From positions 191-64,190 of the forward strand of contig CAXBEA010000007.1 in assembly GCA_963974645.1 (NCBI GenBank): DNA of 64,000 bases. Reading direction: 5' to 3'. This document shows, piece by piece, positions 35,647-45,381 of the stretch. The notes under the pieces were generated by a model. That model was not told the origin of the DNA. It saw nothing but the letters and a program-made list of their open reading frames with translations, and made no database searches. Position 1 is the first letter of the stretch. Each line of letters begins with the position of its first letter. This DNA comes from an uncultured Neptunomonas sp. GTDB lineage: Bacteria > Pseudomonadota > Gammaproteobacteria > Pseudomonadales > Balneatricaceae. A program made the translations under genes and the position numbers.

Positions 35647-36525
35647 CTACTTAAGTTTGATTAGGGATGGCTTTTTTTCATTCAAGCGCAGCGAGCGCAG
35701 ACTGCGGCGGATCGCCTTAAGGTGATCGATGACGCCAGGCCCCAGCTTCATTGCCAGGCCAACGGCCAACACATCGATCACCACCAGCTGCACCACCCGC
35801 GATGACATCAGCGCGCTGAGATCCTTGTCTTCTTCCAAGTCAATATGGATAGGTATCGTTGCCTGCTCCGACAGGGGGGTATCGCTCGGGCAGAGCGCAA
35901 TCACTTGCGCTCCTTGCGCCATCGCCAGCCGCGCCGAGTGGAGCAGATCTTTGGTTCGGCCGGTCTGGGACACAGCCACCACCACATCACCGGCAGAAAG
36001 GGTTACCGCGGCGATAGATTGCAAATGCGGATCCGAATAGGCCACCGCATTGATTCGGAGCCGATGGAATTTATGCTGCGCATCGGTGCAAACCGCAGAA
36101 GAAGCCCCAAAACCATAAAACTCCACCCGCTGAGCTTTCGCCAGTGCTTCTATCGCCTGCTCTAATTTTTCAGAGTCCAGCGCATCTCTGATGTTAATCA
36201 GATTGCCTATGGTTGAATCAAAAACCTTCTGCTGAAAGTCACTGACGCTATCCTTTTTGTCGAGCGAGAATTGCTCAAAACTGGAACCGGTTCCCAACAC
36301 TTGGGCCAGGGTCAGTTTAAAATCCTGAAAGCCATCATAGTTAAGCGCCCGACAGAATCGCACCACCGTAGGTTCGCTCACCTGCGCCTCGGCAGCCAGA
36401 TCAACGATACGCATGTGAATAATTTCTTTAGGCTGCGCCAAGACATAATCGGCAACTTTCTGCTCCGACTTTCGCAAGTCAGCCCGAGCATCGGCGATCG
36501 TTTTAAGAACGTTGATCGAATTCAA
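35647..36525 (-). CDS. RpiR/MurR(HexR)-family transcriptional regulator (HTH_6 + SIS)
   Basis: LRKSEQKVADYVLAQP..VSEPTVVRFCRALNYDGFQDFK plus a SIS domain (FYGFGASS, VAVSQTGRTKD). Confidence 0.85.
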   Translation of the reverse strand: MNSINVLKTIADARADLRKSEQKVADYVLAQPKEIIHMRIVDLAAEAQVSEPTVVRFCRALNYDGFQDFKLTLAQVLGTGSSFEQFSLDKKDSVSDFQQKVFDSTIGNLINIRDALDSEKLEQAIEALAKAQRVEFYGFGASSAVCTDAQHKFHRLRINAVAYSDPHLQSIAAVTLSAGDVVVAVSQTGRTKDLLHSARLAMAQGAQVIALCPSDTPLSEQATIPIHIDLEEDKDLSALMSSRVVQLVVIDVLAVGLAMKLGPGVIDHLKAIRRSLRSLRLNEKKPSLIKLK

Positions 36526-36646
36526 ACCGTTATTTCCATCGTACGGAGTATCAAAGTGGACGCTAGGATATCAAAAAAACCTCAACCAGGGGCACCTCCT
36601 GCGATCATGAAGCGATCTAATTCTTACCGCGAAATACAATAGCGAA

Positions 36647-39343
36647 TTATGACAAATCAAAAACACCATCTGAAGCATCAAAATCTTCTTTTATAGACCT
36701 GTATAGCTCCCAGGCCATCGCTATCTGCTCCTCTTTAACCGCCCCGCTCAACGCTCTAACCCGCTCATCAAGCTGATTAAGCCCGGCCATAACGGCCAGC
36801 CCACAGAGCTGGTGCGCTTGATCGCGAAACAGGGCGCTATTACCTGTCGTCAGTGCCTGCTCCAAGGCGTCAAGCTGCTCGGCAAGCGCCTGTTGCAACT
36901 CCTGCTCTGGAATGCCAAAACGCTGCAACCGCATCGCAACATCACTGCATGGCTGTCCATCAACTTTATTAATCGCCCGTAATGCTTGGCTGACCAGGGT
37001 TGGTTCATCAACCGGCTTATAGAGTATTCCTTTAAGCGCAAGCGATTCCAACACCCCAGCTTCGTTGCTGATCACATCTGCGGTAAGGATCAGGATCGGG
37101 GTCTGCGCCGCAGAAGCCTTAGAGAGTTTTCGTATCGCTCGGCAGGCATCCATCCCCCCCATGATCGGCATATGCAGGTCCATGATGATCAAATCAACAG
37201 CGCCTTGCTCTACCTCTTTCACCGCATCGCGGCCATTTGCCGCGGTAGCCACCTCAGCACCCTGCGCCTGCAGCATCCGCATCAACAACAAGCGATTAAA
37301 GCGGTTATCCTCAACAACCAATACCTTCACCCCCTGCAGCGGTAACGATGGGGAAAGAAGCTGAGCATTCGGCAAACCGCGCGCCTGCAAGGCACTAAAC
37401 AGCCGGTAACGACCTACCGGCTGGCGTAGCAACAACGCTGGAGATAACTGCTCGATAAGCTGATCGCCATCTAGCGCCAGATCGTCTGAATCATGCTCGG
37501 TAATCAGAATCAACTTCCCGGCAAAGCAGGCTCGCACCGGGCTGAGAAAACGACTCCAGGATAATGCTTTAAGCTCTTCAAGCGCGAGATGAATCAATAC
37601 AGCGTCATACTTGGATGTCCGTATCGTCGACACCAGCTGTTGTCGGCCAGGAATCGCATCCACTCGACAGCCCCAATCACTAAGCTGCCGCTCCAGTTGC
37701 TGACTGCACTCAGGATCGGAACAACAGAGCAGAATATTTAATCCTGGCAAGCTCGGTATCGGCGATTCAGGGGCCTGATCCAGGCAGAGTTCGATACTAA
37801 ACTGTGAGCCTTGACCGCTGACGCTACTCAACGTCAGCTCGCCCTGCATCATGTCGACTAAGCGCTTACAGATAACCAGCCCCAGGCCACTCCCTCCGAA
37901 GCGGCGGCTAATCGAGGTATCCGCCTGGGCAAAGGGCTGAAACAGGGTCCGCAGCTCAGCTGCAGCAATCCCGATCCCAGTATCCTCAATATCGATTCGT
38001 AGCCGGGTCCGGCCTTGTTCCTGACACCCACTCAGGCGCACCTGCACCCGGCCTTTCTCGGTAAATTTAATCGCGTTACTGATCAGGTTACTGATAATCT
38101 GAGAAAATCGAGTCGGATCACCCATCAGTAACAGCGGCCACTGCGCCTCGCACTGCAACTCAATCTCCAGCCCTTTCTGCGCGGCGGCAGGCGCTTGCAT
38201 CTCGATCACATCTTCAATGCAGAGTTCAGGGTTGAAACTGATCCGCTCCAGCGTCAGGTTGTCAGACTGGAACTTGGAGAAGTCGAGAATATCATCGATC
38301 AGTCGCAGCAATAGTGACGAGGCGCTGAGAATAATGCGGCAATACTCTCGCTGACCATCATTCAACGGGCTCTTTTCTAACAACCGGATAAAGCCGATAA
38401 CAGAGCTGATGGGGGTTCTCAACTCATGACTCATGCGCGCCATAAAATCATCTTTGGCACGCCCGGTTTGCTCTATTCGTTCTTTAGAGCGTTGCAACTT
38501 GCTGTGGCTCTGCTCCAGCTCACGAAGTGCCTGCTGGAGCTCCATCGTCGCCTTATCGACATCGTTTTGGAGCGATTGCTGATGCTGCTGCGCCTGGTCG
38601 ATAAGCTCCCTGACCCCCTGCTGCAGAGCACCGATCTCCTGCTGATAGATGTCCCTTATCTCTGGCTGACCGTCACCGGACCTATAGTTGACCAACGCCT
38701 GACTCAACGCCCGAACCGGCTCGCTAATATTGCGGCCAATACGTAACGCCAAGATCATCGCCAACAACAGTCCGGCCAATGAAATAATGACTCCCCAGAT
38801 TACGATCTGTTGCTGTCGCTGCAACAAAGCGCTGTCATTGATGATCAGCACCACCGATCCTAGCGTGCGTTCAGGAGCGCGACTAAGATCGAAATCATCG
38901 ACCGTAACCGCACTCATAACCACCTCTTTAACCACCAGCCAACTGTGTTCAAGTCCCGGCAACGCGGTTCGCTGGCCGGGCTGAAGCGACGCCCCCTGGG
39001 AGATGATCCGCTCGAAATCCAGCGCCAACGCATGACTCTGGTACAGCAGCGCCGATTGGGCATTAACAAATATGATATTGGAAATTTCTGGTCTCTTCAT
39101 CGGGCCTCGGATCAGCAGCTCCAAGGCATCCGCATTCTGAGTCAACAGCCCAAACTCTGCTGCAGAGGAGAGAAAATCCATCAGAATTTCAGTCTCATTA
39201 TCCAGCGCCTGTTGCGCATCCTGAATCCGTGAGCTGATCATGTAGCCCGACAGGGCGAAGGTCAGCAGCAACAGCGGCAGCAAGGCGGTCAACATCACCT
39301 GCTGACCGATACTCAGTCGAGAGATTCTAGGGCTCAGCTTCAT
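36647..39343 (-). CDS. Hybrid sensor histidine kinase (TM-sensor-HAMP-HisKA-HATPase, degenerate REC, REC, Hpt)
   Basis: H-box SHELRTPISS, N-box NLISNAIKFT, G-boxes DTGIGI and GGSGLGL. Canonical receiver: VLVVEDN..DLIIMDLHMP. Hpt: HQLCGLAVMAGL. Confidence 0.9.
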   Translation of the reverse strand: MKLSPRISRLSIGQQVMLTALLPLLLLTFALSGYMISSRIQDAQQALDNETEILMDFLSSAAEFGLLTQNADALELLIRGPMKRPEISNIIFVNAQSALLYQSHALALDFERIISQGASLQPGQRTALPGLEHSWLVVKEVVMSAVTVDDFDLSRAPERTLGSVVLIINDSALLQRQQQIVIWGVIISLAGLLLAMILALRIGRNISEPVRALSQALVNYRSGDGQPEIRDIYQQEIGALQQGVRELIDQAQQHQQSLQNDVDKATMELQQALRELEQSHSKLQRSKERIEQTGRAKDDFMARMSHELRTPISSVIGFIRLLEKSPLNDGQREYCRIILSASSLLLRLIDDILDFSKFQSDNLTLERISFNPELCIEDVIEMQAPAAAQKGLEIELQCEAQWPLLLMGDPTRFSQIISNLISNAIKFTEKGRVQVRLSGCQEQGRTRLRIDIEDTGIGIAAAELRTLFQPFAQADTSISRRFGGSGLGLVICKRLVDMMQGELTLSSVSGQGSQFSIELCLDQAPESPIPSLPGLNILLCCSDPECSQQLERQLSDWGCRVDAIPGRQQLVSTIRTSKYDAVLIHLALEELKALSWSRFLSPVRACFAGKLILITEHDSDDLALDGDQLIEQLSPALLLRQPVGRYRLFSALQARGLPNAQLLSPSLPLQGVKVLVVEDNRFNRLLLMRMLQAQGAEVATAANGRDAVKEVEQGAVDLIIMDLHMPIMGGMDACRAIRKLSKASAAQTPILILTADVISNEAGVLESLALKGILYKPVDEPTLVSQALRAINKVDGQPCSDVAMRLQRFGIPEQELQQALAEQLDALEQALTTGNSALFRDQAHQLCGLAVMAGLNQLDERVRALSGAVKEEQIAMAWELYRSIKEDFDASDGVFDLS

Positions 39344-40320
39344 GGTTGAGAGTCTCGGGACATCGCCACCTCAATCTGCTCTAGACTCGGCAGTCTTAGA
39401 CCTATGCTCTCTGCAGCTTGAGGACTGGTGCGAATTTCAAAGAAGGCGGGGTACGCCGGGGGAGGTAATTTAAGGCTCTGGGTGTCATCACGTTGCAGCC
39501 AAGCGGCAGTATCCTGGGCGATGGAAACGGGACTGCTAAACAGTGCCGCCGTAGCCCCCGCATCGACATAACGACTGGAGAAGCCGATCAACGGAATATT
39601 GCGTCTATAACTCAACAGCAGTAACCATTTTGAGATACTGCGGTTGAACTCGGCTTTATCCGGTACCACCAGGATCGCATCGCTGCTCTCGCTCAGGGGA
39701 TCCAGAAGCTGGATCGGATTTTCATTATATTTGAACTTGGCTACATGCTGCCGCCATCCCAGCGCAGCGATGGCCGTTTCTATTGCCGGTAACTGAGCGT
39801 GACTGTTAGGCCCGAGCACCACCCCCATCTGCGAGATAGTCGGACTGATCAATTTGGCTAACTGTAACTGTCGAGCTACTGGTTGCTCCAGATAGATCGC
39901 ACTTAACAAACCCTGCTGCAATCGAGCGGACAGCGCTGGCTGCTGACTCAACGCGGTAAAGGTCTGTTGCGGGATCAACACACTCAACACCGGCCAGTGC
40001 AGCGGTCGTTTCAATACCTCCCGGGCAGCCTGGGTACCCACAGTAACAATCAGATCCGCCTGAACAGCCGCAGGATTGTAGTGTTCAGCAAGCACGGTAT
40101 CGAACTGCCACTGCTGCGCTGGCAGCAGCTTAACCAGATTTGAGGCGAATTCCTGGTAGGGCCGACTCTCTTGACTCAGCACCATTAGCACCGACTGGCG
40201 CGCCCAGCTGCTGGCAGGTGTCAAAGCTAGCGCTAGCAACAATACCCTCAGCCAAGTTCGAAGCCGAGTCCCAAGCTGAGCCCTACTGTAGTAGTGAAGA
40301 AAATCTCTTACACTGAACAC
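39340..40320 (-). CDS. Periplasmic solute-binding-like protein (possibly the ABC_sub_bind type), coupled to the kinase
   Basis: Signal peptide LLLALALTPASSWA. A 4-nt overlap with the kinase start. The family assignment is from memory of similar TBDR/SBP/sensor clusters and is not verified. Confidence 0.6.
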   Translation of the reverse strand: MFSVRDFLHYYSRAQLGTRLRTWLRVLLLALALTPASSWARQSVLMVLSQESRPYQEFASNLVKLLPAQQWQFDTVLAEHYNPAAVQADLIVTVGTQAAREVLKRPLHWPVLSVLIPQQTFTALSQQPALSARLQQGLLSAIYLEQPVARQLQLAKLISPTISQMGVVLGPNSHAQLPAIETAIAALGWRQHVAKFKYNENPIQLLDPLSESSDAILVVPDKAEFNRSISKWLLLLSYRRNIPLIGFSSRYVDAGATAALFSSPVSIAQDTAAWLQRDDTQSLKLPPPAYPAFFEIRTSPQAAESIGLRLPSLEQIEVAMSRDSQP

Positions 40321-40374
40321 TACTAAACAATCCTTTGTTTACAGATTTCATTACCCCAATCAATCACAAGGATA

Positions 40375-42528
40375 CTATAGAAAATCAAGCTTCAAACGAA
40401 CAAATCCACGTGTATCAACAACATTATTGAGTTCAAACTCGGTGTAGGGCGCGGTAAAACTTTGCAGAATCAACTCTAGCACTCCCTGCAATTGTCCAAG
40501 CTGAAACTTTTTTGCCAGACGTCCATCCACCCGATTGTAGGGCCCGACATTCTCATCACCCTGATGCCAGTCGACGGCTGTCTGGCGGTAGAAGGCCGCG
40601 CTGGCTTCGATACCCGCACCAAAGCGGTGGCTAGCCAACAGACTGACGCCATGGGTAGGGACTCTGACTGATAGATCTTTGAAGCGATCTTCGGGTTTTA
40701 TACTTCTCCGATCATACTGCCCCTGAGCATCGGCATAGGCATAGCCGAAGAAAAACCAGGTATGATCCCAGGGCTGCAGCTTCCACTGCGCCTCAAATCC
40801 CTTGGTACGCCAGGTTGCATTATTGACCAATTGCAGCGCAATTTGTTCGGCATCGGTAGCAGGAATAATCGTGCTTTCCCAGCGGGAATCAGGGCCGCTA
40901 CCGACGCCATAGACCCACTGCTCGGCCATGCCATCGCTGACCTCTTCGAGATAAGCCTTGAGATCAAAGACGGAGTTGATCGCCTCAGCCTGAATCATAT
41001 ACCCGAGTTCCAGCGCATCGACACGCTCGGGACTCAGCCTTTCCGCGGTGTAGGTATTAATATCCAGCACCTGGCCATTACTGGGCAAGATCAGCGCGGC
41101 AAACAGCTGCTCTTCCGCCAGCGACGGCATCCGGTAAGCACGGCCAATCGAGGCACGTAGGGTCTGCTGCGCGTTGAGCTGCCAGTTAACTCCAGCCCGA
41201 GGCGACAGCCGCGCGCCCAGCGCCTGGTTTTGTTCCAGCATGGCACCCAGATTAGCGGTCCAGTCAGGAATAAACTGCCACTCCAAGTTAGTAAACAGGC
41301 GCTGGCTATTGCTGGAGACAGTTCGACCGTGGCCAAGATTATTGAAACTGCTGAAGCGATCATGTCGCAGACCGATACCAGCCACCAACCGCAGTCTCGG
41401 ATTCCACTCCTGGGTTAGCTGCAGCTCGAGGTCATAACGCTCGGTAACCCCCGTCTCCTCCCCCTCATCGACCAGCTGGTCGAGCTCACCGCCAGTGGCA
41501 GAGGCGATAAACCCCTCGATAAATGACTGCGGAGCACCCGCAAAGGCCGAAATTTCGCGCCTTAGCAGATCCGACAGCAGAATCTTATTTTCATTGTTGT
41601 AGGCATTACGGCTATGGGTCGCCTGGAGTTTCAGCTGCTGTTGCGGACTGACCAGGCGATTCCAGCTCAAATCCTGATAATTACTGCTTACCTCTCTAGG
41701 ACGGTAGTCTTCAGGGTGTTTTGAGCTACCCACACCCACAGTGCCATCGCCGAATCCCAGCTGCACCCCAATGCTATCGCTCAACGTGGGGGTATAGAGG
41801 CCAGTCAGATTGAGCTGCGAAATTTCGGCCCCATCCTCTATAGGCAGCTGCGTCGTCGTACCCTCAATGGTGCCGATGCCGGTACCCTGGTTCTTATGGT
41901 AATTGAGCCCTAGACGGAAATTGAAATTGCCGATTCGGTCGTTATGGCGCAGTGCATACTCTTGGGTACCCAGCGCTCCCAACGTCGCTCGCAGCGAGCT
42001 ACCGGCCTGATCCAAGGGCGCATAAGTGATGATATTGATCGCACCCAGAAAGGCATTCGAACCCTGGGTAGCCACGTTGGATCCACGCACCACCTCGATA
42101 TACTTGATATCGTCCAGCGATACCCCCAGCGCCGACCAGTCGACGCTCGACAGCGCAGGCTGATAGACCGAACGGCCATCGATAGTCACCTCCAGCCGCC
42201 CCGGATGCGCATCCCCCTGACCATGCGCGGTGACGCCAAAGACATTGGCATTGACCTGATACGACTGAAAGCCCGGTACCAGTTTGAACAGATCGGCGAT
42301 ATTGACCGCGCCCGAGGCCTCGATCATCCGTCGGTCGATCAGGGTCACCGCTGCAGGCACGGCGTTGAGTTTCTGCTCCAACCGGGTGGCCGAGACAACC
42401 GTCGGAATCCCACCGAAGAGGTCATCTTCGGTCAGCGAGTCATGAAGCGCTGCGACACAGAGCGTGGGCAATAACAGCCCTACAGATAGGCCGGCCCTGG
42501 CCACATTCGTTACCCGAGACTTCACCAC
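40375..42528 (-). CDS. TonB-dependent outer-membrane receptor
   Basis: Plug-domain motifs (VVSATRLEQ, NIADLFKLVPG, IEVVRGSNVATQGSNAFLGAINIIT) and a C-terminal beta-barrel ending in an aromatic residue (..VRLKLDFL). Confidence 0.9.
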   Translation of the reverse strand: MVKSRVTNVARAGLSVGLLLPTLCVAALHDSLTEDDLFGGIPTVVSATRLEQKLNAVPAAVTLIDRRMIEASGAVNIADLFKLVPGFQSYQVNANVFGVTAHGQGDAHPGRLEVTIDGRSVYQPALSSVDWSALGVSLDDIKYIEVVRGSNVATQGSNAFLGAINIITYAPLDQAGSSLRATLGALGTQEYALRHNDRIGNFNFRLGLNYHKNQGTGIGTIEGTTTQLPIEDGAEISQLNLTGLYTPTLSDSIGVQLGFGDGTVGVGSSKHPEDYRPREVSSNYQDLSWNRLVSPQQQLKLQATHSRNAYNNENKILLSDLLRREISAFAGAPQSFIEGFIASATGGELDQLVDEGEETGVTERYDLELQLTQEWNPRLRLVAGIGLRHDRFSSFNNLGHGRTVSSNSQRLFTNLEWQFIPDWTANLGAMLEQNQALGARLSPRAGVNWQLNAQQTLRASIGRAYRMPSLAEEQLFAALILPSNGQVLDINTYTAERLSPERVDALELGYMIQAEAINSVFDLKAYLEEVSDGMAEQWVYGVGSGPDSRWESTIIPATDAEQIALQLVNNATWRTKGFEAQWKLQPWDHTWFFFGYAYADAQGQYDRRSIKPEDRFKDLSVRVPTHGVSLLASHRFGAGIEASAAFYRQTAVDWHQGDENVGPYNRVDGRLAKKFQLGQLQGVLELILQSFTAPYTEFELNNVVDTRGFVRLKLDFL

Positions 42529-42692
42529 TGCAACAACCTCTTATACAGTTACGTCGATTGAGCGCCTAAGCGATCCTTCGCTTTAACGATGTATATCTAT
42601 CAGCACGTTCGACAAGGGCGTCAGTAGCGCAAATATTAACCATGGCTACCAACCAATTAAGCCTGAAGCGGCTCCATATCAAGCTTTCCGGC

Positions 42693-43349
42693 TTAATGAG
42701 TAAGCGCTAACACTTCCGCCACCAGCTTGCTGATACCAGAGGCCGCTTCGCTGATTGAGCCCGCCAGCATATAGGCTGGCGTTGTCACCAGCTTGCGCTG
42801 CTGATCGACAACCACCGCATTGACACTGCAGGCTTGATGCCGCCCGCCCATCGCCTCGATCGCGCTGACGGTCTCAGGGTCGTTGCCGATGGTACAGAGG
42901 ACCTCGTCACCAAAAAGCCTCGGCGCCATCGTCGGCGCGATGCAGATCAGCCCCACCGGCTTACCGGCCCGGTGGATCGCCTGGGTAAACGCCAGCAGCT
43001 GGGGGTTAACCTGACAATCACTGCCGGCCAGCGCAAAATCAGAGAGATTCTTCGCCGCACCAAATCCACCGGGAATGATCAAGGCGTCATAATCCTCAGG
43101 ATCGGCCTGGGCCAGATCTGTAATCTGGCCGCGAGCCAGACGGGCCGCCTCCACCAGCACATTGCGCGACTCGCCCTCAGCCACCTCTCCGGTCAGATGA
43201 TTAACCACATCCAACTGCTCGATATTGGGCGCCAGACAGTGATACTGCGCCCCCTGCTGTTCGATATTAAACAGCGTCATCACCGACTCATAGATCTCCG
43301 AGCCATCGAATACGCCACTGCCCGATAAAATCACCGCTACCTGCTTCAT
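42693..43349 (-). CDS. elbB: DJ-1/PfpI-family glyoxalase ElbB
   Basis: MKQVAVILSGSGVFDGSEIYESV.., IIPGGFGAAKNL and the nucleophile-elbow Cys in GLICIAP. Confidence 0.85.
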   Translation of the reverse strand: MKQVAVILSGSGVFDGSEIYESVMTLFNIEQQGAQYHCLAPNIEQLDVVNHLTGEVAEGESRNVLVEAARLARGQITDLAQADPEDYDALIIPGGFGAAKNLSDFALAGSDCQVNPQLLAFTQAIHRAGKPVGLICIAPTMAPRLFGDEVLCTIGNDPETVSAIEAMGGRHQACSVNAVVVDQQRKLVTTPAYMLAGSISEAASGISKLVAEVLALTH

Positions 43350-43449
43350 TACGCTCTCCTTATTAACCGCTTATTTAACACCTTTATTGGCACCTAACGA
43401 ATGCCCACAACAACCTCTTGGCTTAGCCTATTACGCCACCCGCTGATAC

Positions 43450-44322
43450 CTAGTCCTCGAGATCCGGTTTAGCCAGCGCATCCAGCTGCGCCCGGTATCC
43501 CGCCTGATAATCGGGGTAATGGAACGGGTAACCTGCATCAAGCAGCCGCTGCGGCCGACAGCGCTTGCTTGCGGTACGCAACTTTTGACTAAAATCCTGC
43601 CGCAGCTCGGGTTCCGGCAGCTGCAACTGCTGTCGCAACCACTCCAGCACCTCATAATACGAGGCCGGATGCGGATCGGAGGCGAGATAGCAGTCGGCCA
43701 GTTGATGCCCGGCCAGCTCCTTCTCAATCAGAAACTGCAACACCCCCACACAGTCATCCCGGTGAATCCGATTGCCATACTGAATCGGCTCCGCCAGCGC
43801 CGCGTCTCCCTGGCGCACCCAGTTCAACAGCCGCTCGCGCCCCGGACCATAGATACCGCTAAAGCGCACGGAGGTACCCGGATAATGACTGCGCTGCAAC
43901 AGCGCCTCGGCACGCAACATCGCCTGCCCGGAAAAACTACTCGGCTCGGTCGGGCTCTGGTCATCAACCCACTCGCCGTTGCTCTGATGGTAGACCGCGC
44001 TGCTGGAAACATAAAAAATTCGTCGGGGTTGCAACTGCTGTTGCTGCAACGCCTGCAGCAAATTATCCAGACCCTCAACGTAGGCCTGCTGATAGCCTTC
44101 GGCACTAAATACGGCAGGGACCAACGTATAGACCAGATAATCATGCGCGGGGAGCGCGGCCAAACTGGCCGGATCGGTGACATCGGCACGGATCCCTTGG
44201 ATTGGTGCAGGGAGTTGATTAAGATGGCGCTTCAGCCCAATGCACTGGTGCCCTGCCTGGCTTAGCGCAAGCCCCAGCCGGGTGCCTAATTCACCACAAC
44301 CGACTAATAAAACTGTTGCCAT
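43450..44322 (-). CDS. NAD-dependent epimerase/dehydratase (extended SDR) family protein
   Basis: I trimmed the start to the ATG at 44322, giving MATVLLVGCGELGTRLG (Rossmann GxGxxG). The longest ORF (to 44409) would run into the oxyR promoter region. Confidence 0.75.
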   Translation of the reverse strand: MATVLLVGCGELGTRLGLALSQAGHQCIGLKRHLNQLPAPIQGIRADVTDPASLAALPAHDYLVYTLVPAVFSAEGYQQAYVEGLDNLLQALQQQQLQPRRIFYVSSSAVYHQSNGEWVDDQSPTEPSSFSGQAMLRAEALLQRSHYPGTSVRFSGIYGPGRERLLNWVRQGDAALAEPIQYGNRIHRDDCVGVLQFLIEKELAGHQLADCYLASDPHPASYYEVLEWLRQQLQLPEPELRQDFSQKLRTASKRCRPQRLLDAGYPFHYPDYQAGYRAQLDALAKPDLED

Positions 44323-44433
44323 GATGCTGACCTCTTTTACGCTTGGGCTGAAACTACCAGCCAATCTTTGGAAAACACCCAGTCTGGCGTGTCCGCGTCC
44401 GCTTGTCACGCCGACACTAAGTCACCGCTGCAA

Positions 44434-45381
44434 ATGACCCTGACCGAGCTACGTTATATCGTTACCCTGGCCCAGGAACATCATTTTGGCCGAGCTGCTG
44501 AACGCTGCTTTGTCAGTCAACCGACCCTGAGCGTCGCGGTTAAAAAGCTTGAGGCAGAGCTGGGGATCGCGCTGTTTGAGCGCAACAAGAGCCGGGTCGA
44601 GCTGACCCCGGTCGGCCAGCAGGTGGTTGATCAGGCGCAGCGCGTTCTTCGTGAGGCCAAGCAAATTGAAGAGTTAGCAAAGAGCGGCCGCGACCCCTTA
44701 ACCAGCCCGTTACGACTGGGGGCGATCTACACCATCGCCCCCTATCTGTTCCCGCAGCTGATTCCCCGGCTACGGCAGATGGCGCCGCAGATGCCGATCT
44801 ACCTCGAGGAGAGCTACACCGAGACTCTGCGCAGCAAACTCTGCAACGGCGAGCTGGATGCGATCGTCATCGCCCTGCCCTTCGAGGCACCCGATATCCT
44901 GGTCCGGGCGCTTTACGACGAACCCTTTGTGGCACTGCTCCCCAGCAACCACCCCTGGAGCACCCGCGCGAGTATCGACGCGGCTGAGCTGGATCAGATT
45001 CCGCTACTGATGCTGGGTGAAGGTCATTGCTTCAGGGATCAGCTGCTCGAGGCCTGCAGCGGACTCGGCAACAGCAGCCCTAATGCTCGCCCCAGCGGCC
45101 GCCAAGTCACCGAAGGCAGCTCACTGGAAACCATTCGCCACATGGTTGCCTCGGGGCTAGGTTCAACCGCGCTACCCCTGTCCGCTATCGATCCCGAACA
45201 GAACTCGTCACTGGTCACCGCGGTGCCCTTTAGCCAACCTGTGCCCAAGCGCACCCTGGCGCTGGCCTGGCGCGCCAGTTTCACCCGTCCCAAGGCGATC
45301 GATATCCTGATCGATGCCATTCGTCCCTGCGCGGTATCCAGGTTCGAACCGCCGCCAAAGACCTCTCGCCGCGATGACTGA
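44434..45381 (+). CDS. oxyR: LysR-family peroxide sensor OxyR
   Basis: HTH region HFGRAAERCFVSQPTLSVAVKKLE. Redox Cys pair context GEGHCFRDQLLEAC matches the E. coli C199/C208 region. The stop overlaps the recG start, as in Pseudomonas oxyR-recG. Start trimmed to MTLTELRYIV. Confidence 0.85.
   Translation: MTLTELRYIVTLAQEHHFGRAAERCFVSQPTLSVAVKKLEAELGIALFERNKSRVELTPVGQQVVDQAQRVLREAKQIEELAKSGRDPLTSPLRLGAIYTIAPYLFPQLIPRLRQMAPQMPIYLEESYTETLRSKLCNGELDAIVIALPFEAPDILVRALYDEPFVALLPSNHPWSTRASIDAAELDQIPLLMLGEGHCFRDQLLEACSGLGNSSPNARPSGRQVTEGSSLETIRHMVASGLGSTALPLSAIDPEQNSSLVTAVPFSQPVPKRTLALAWRASFTRPKAIDILIDAIRPCAVSRFEPPPKTSRRDD

Noticed and set aside
43519-44265. 248-aa plus-strand ORF opposite the SDR gene
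   Set aside because: It is antisense to a gene with a clear Rossmann N-terminus, and its composition is Arg/Gln/Leu-rich and shadow-like.
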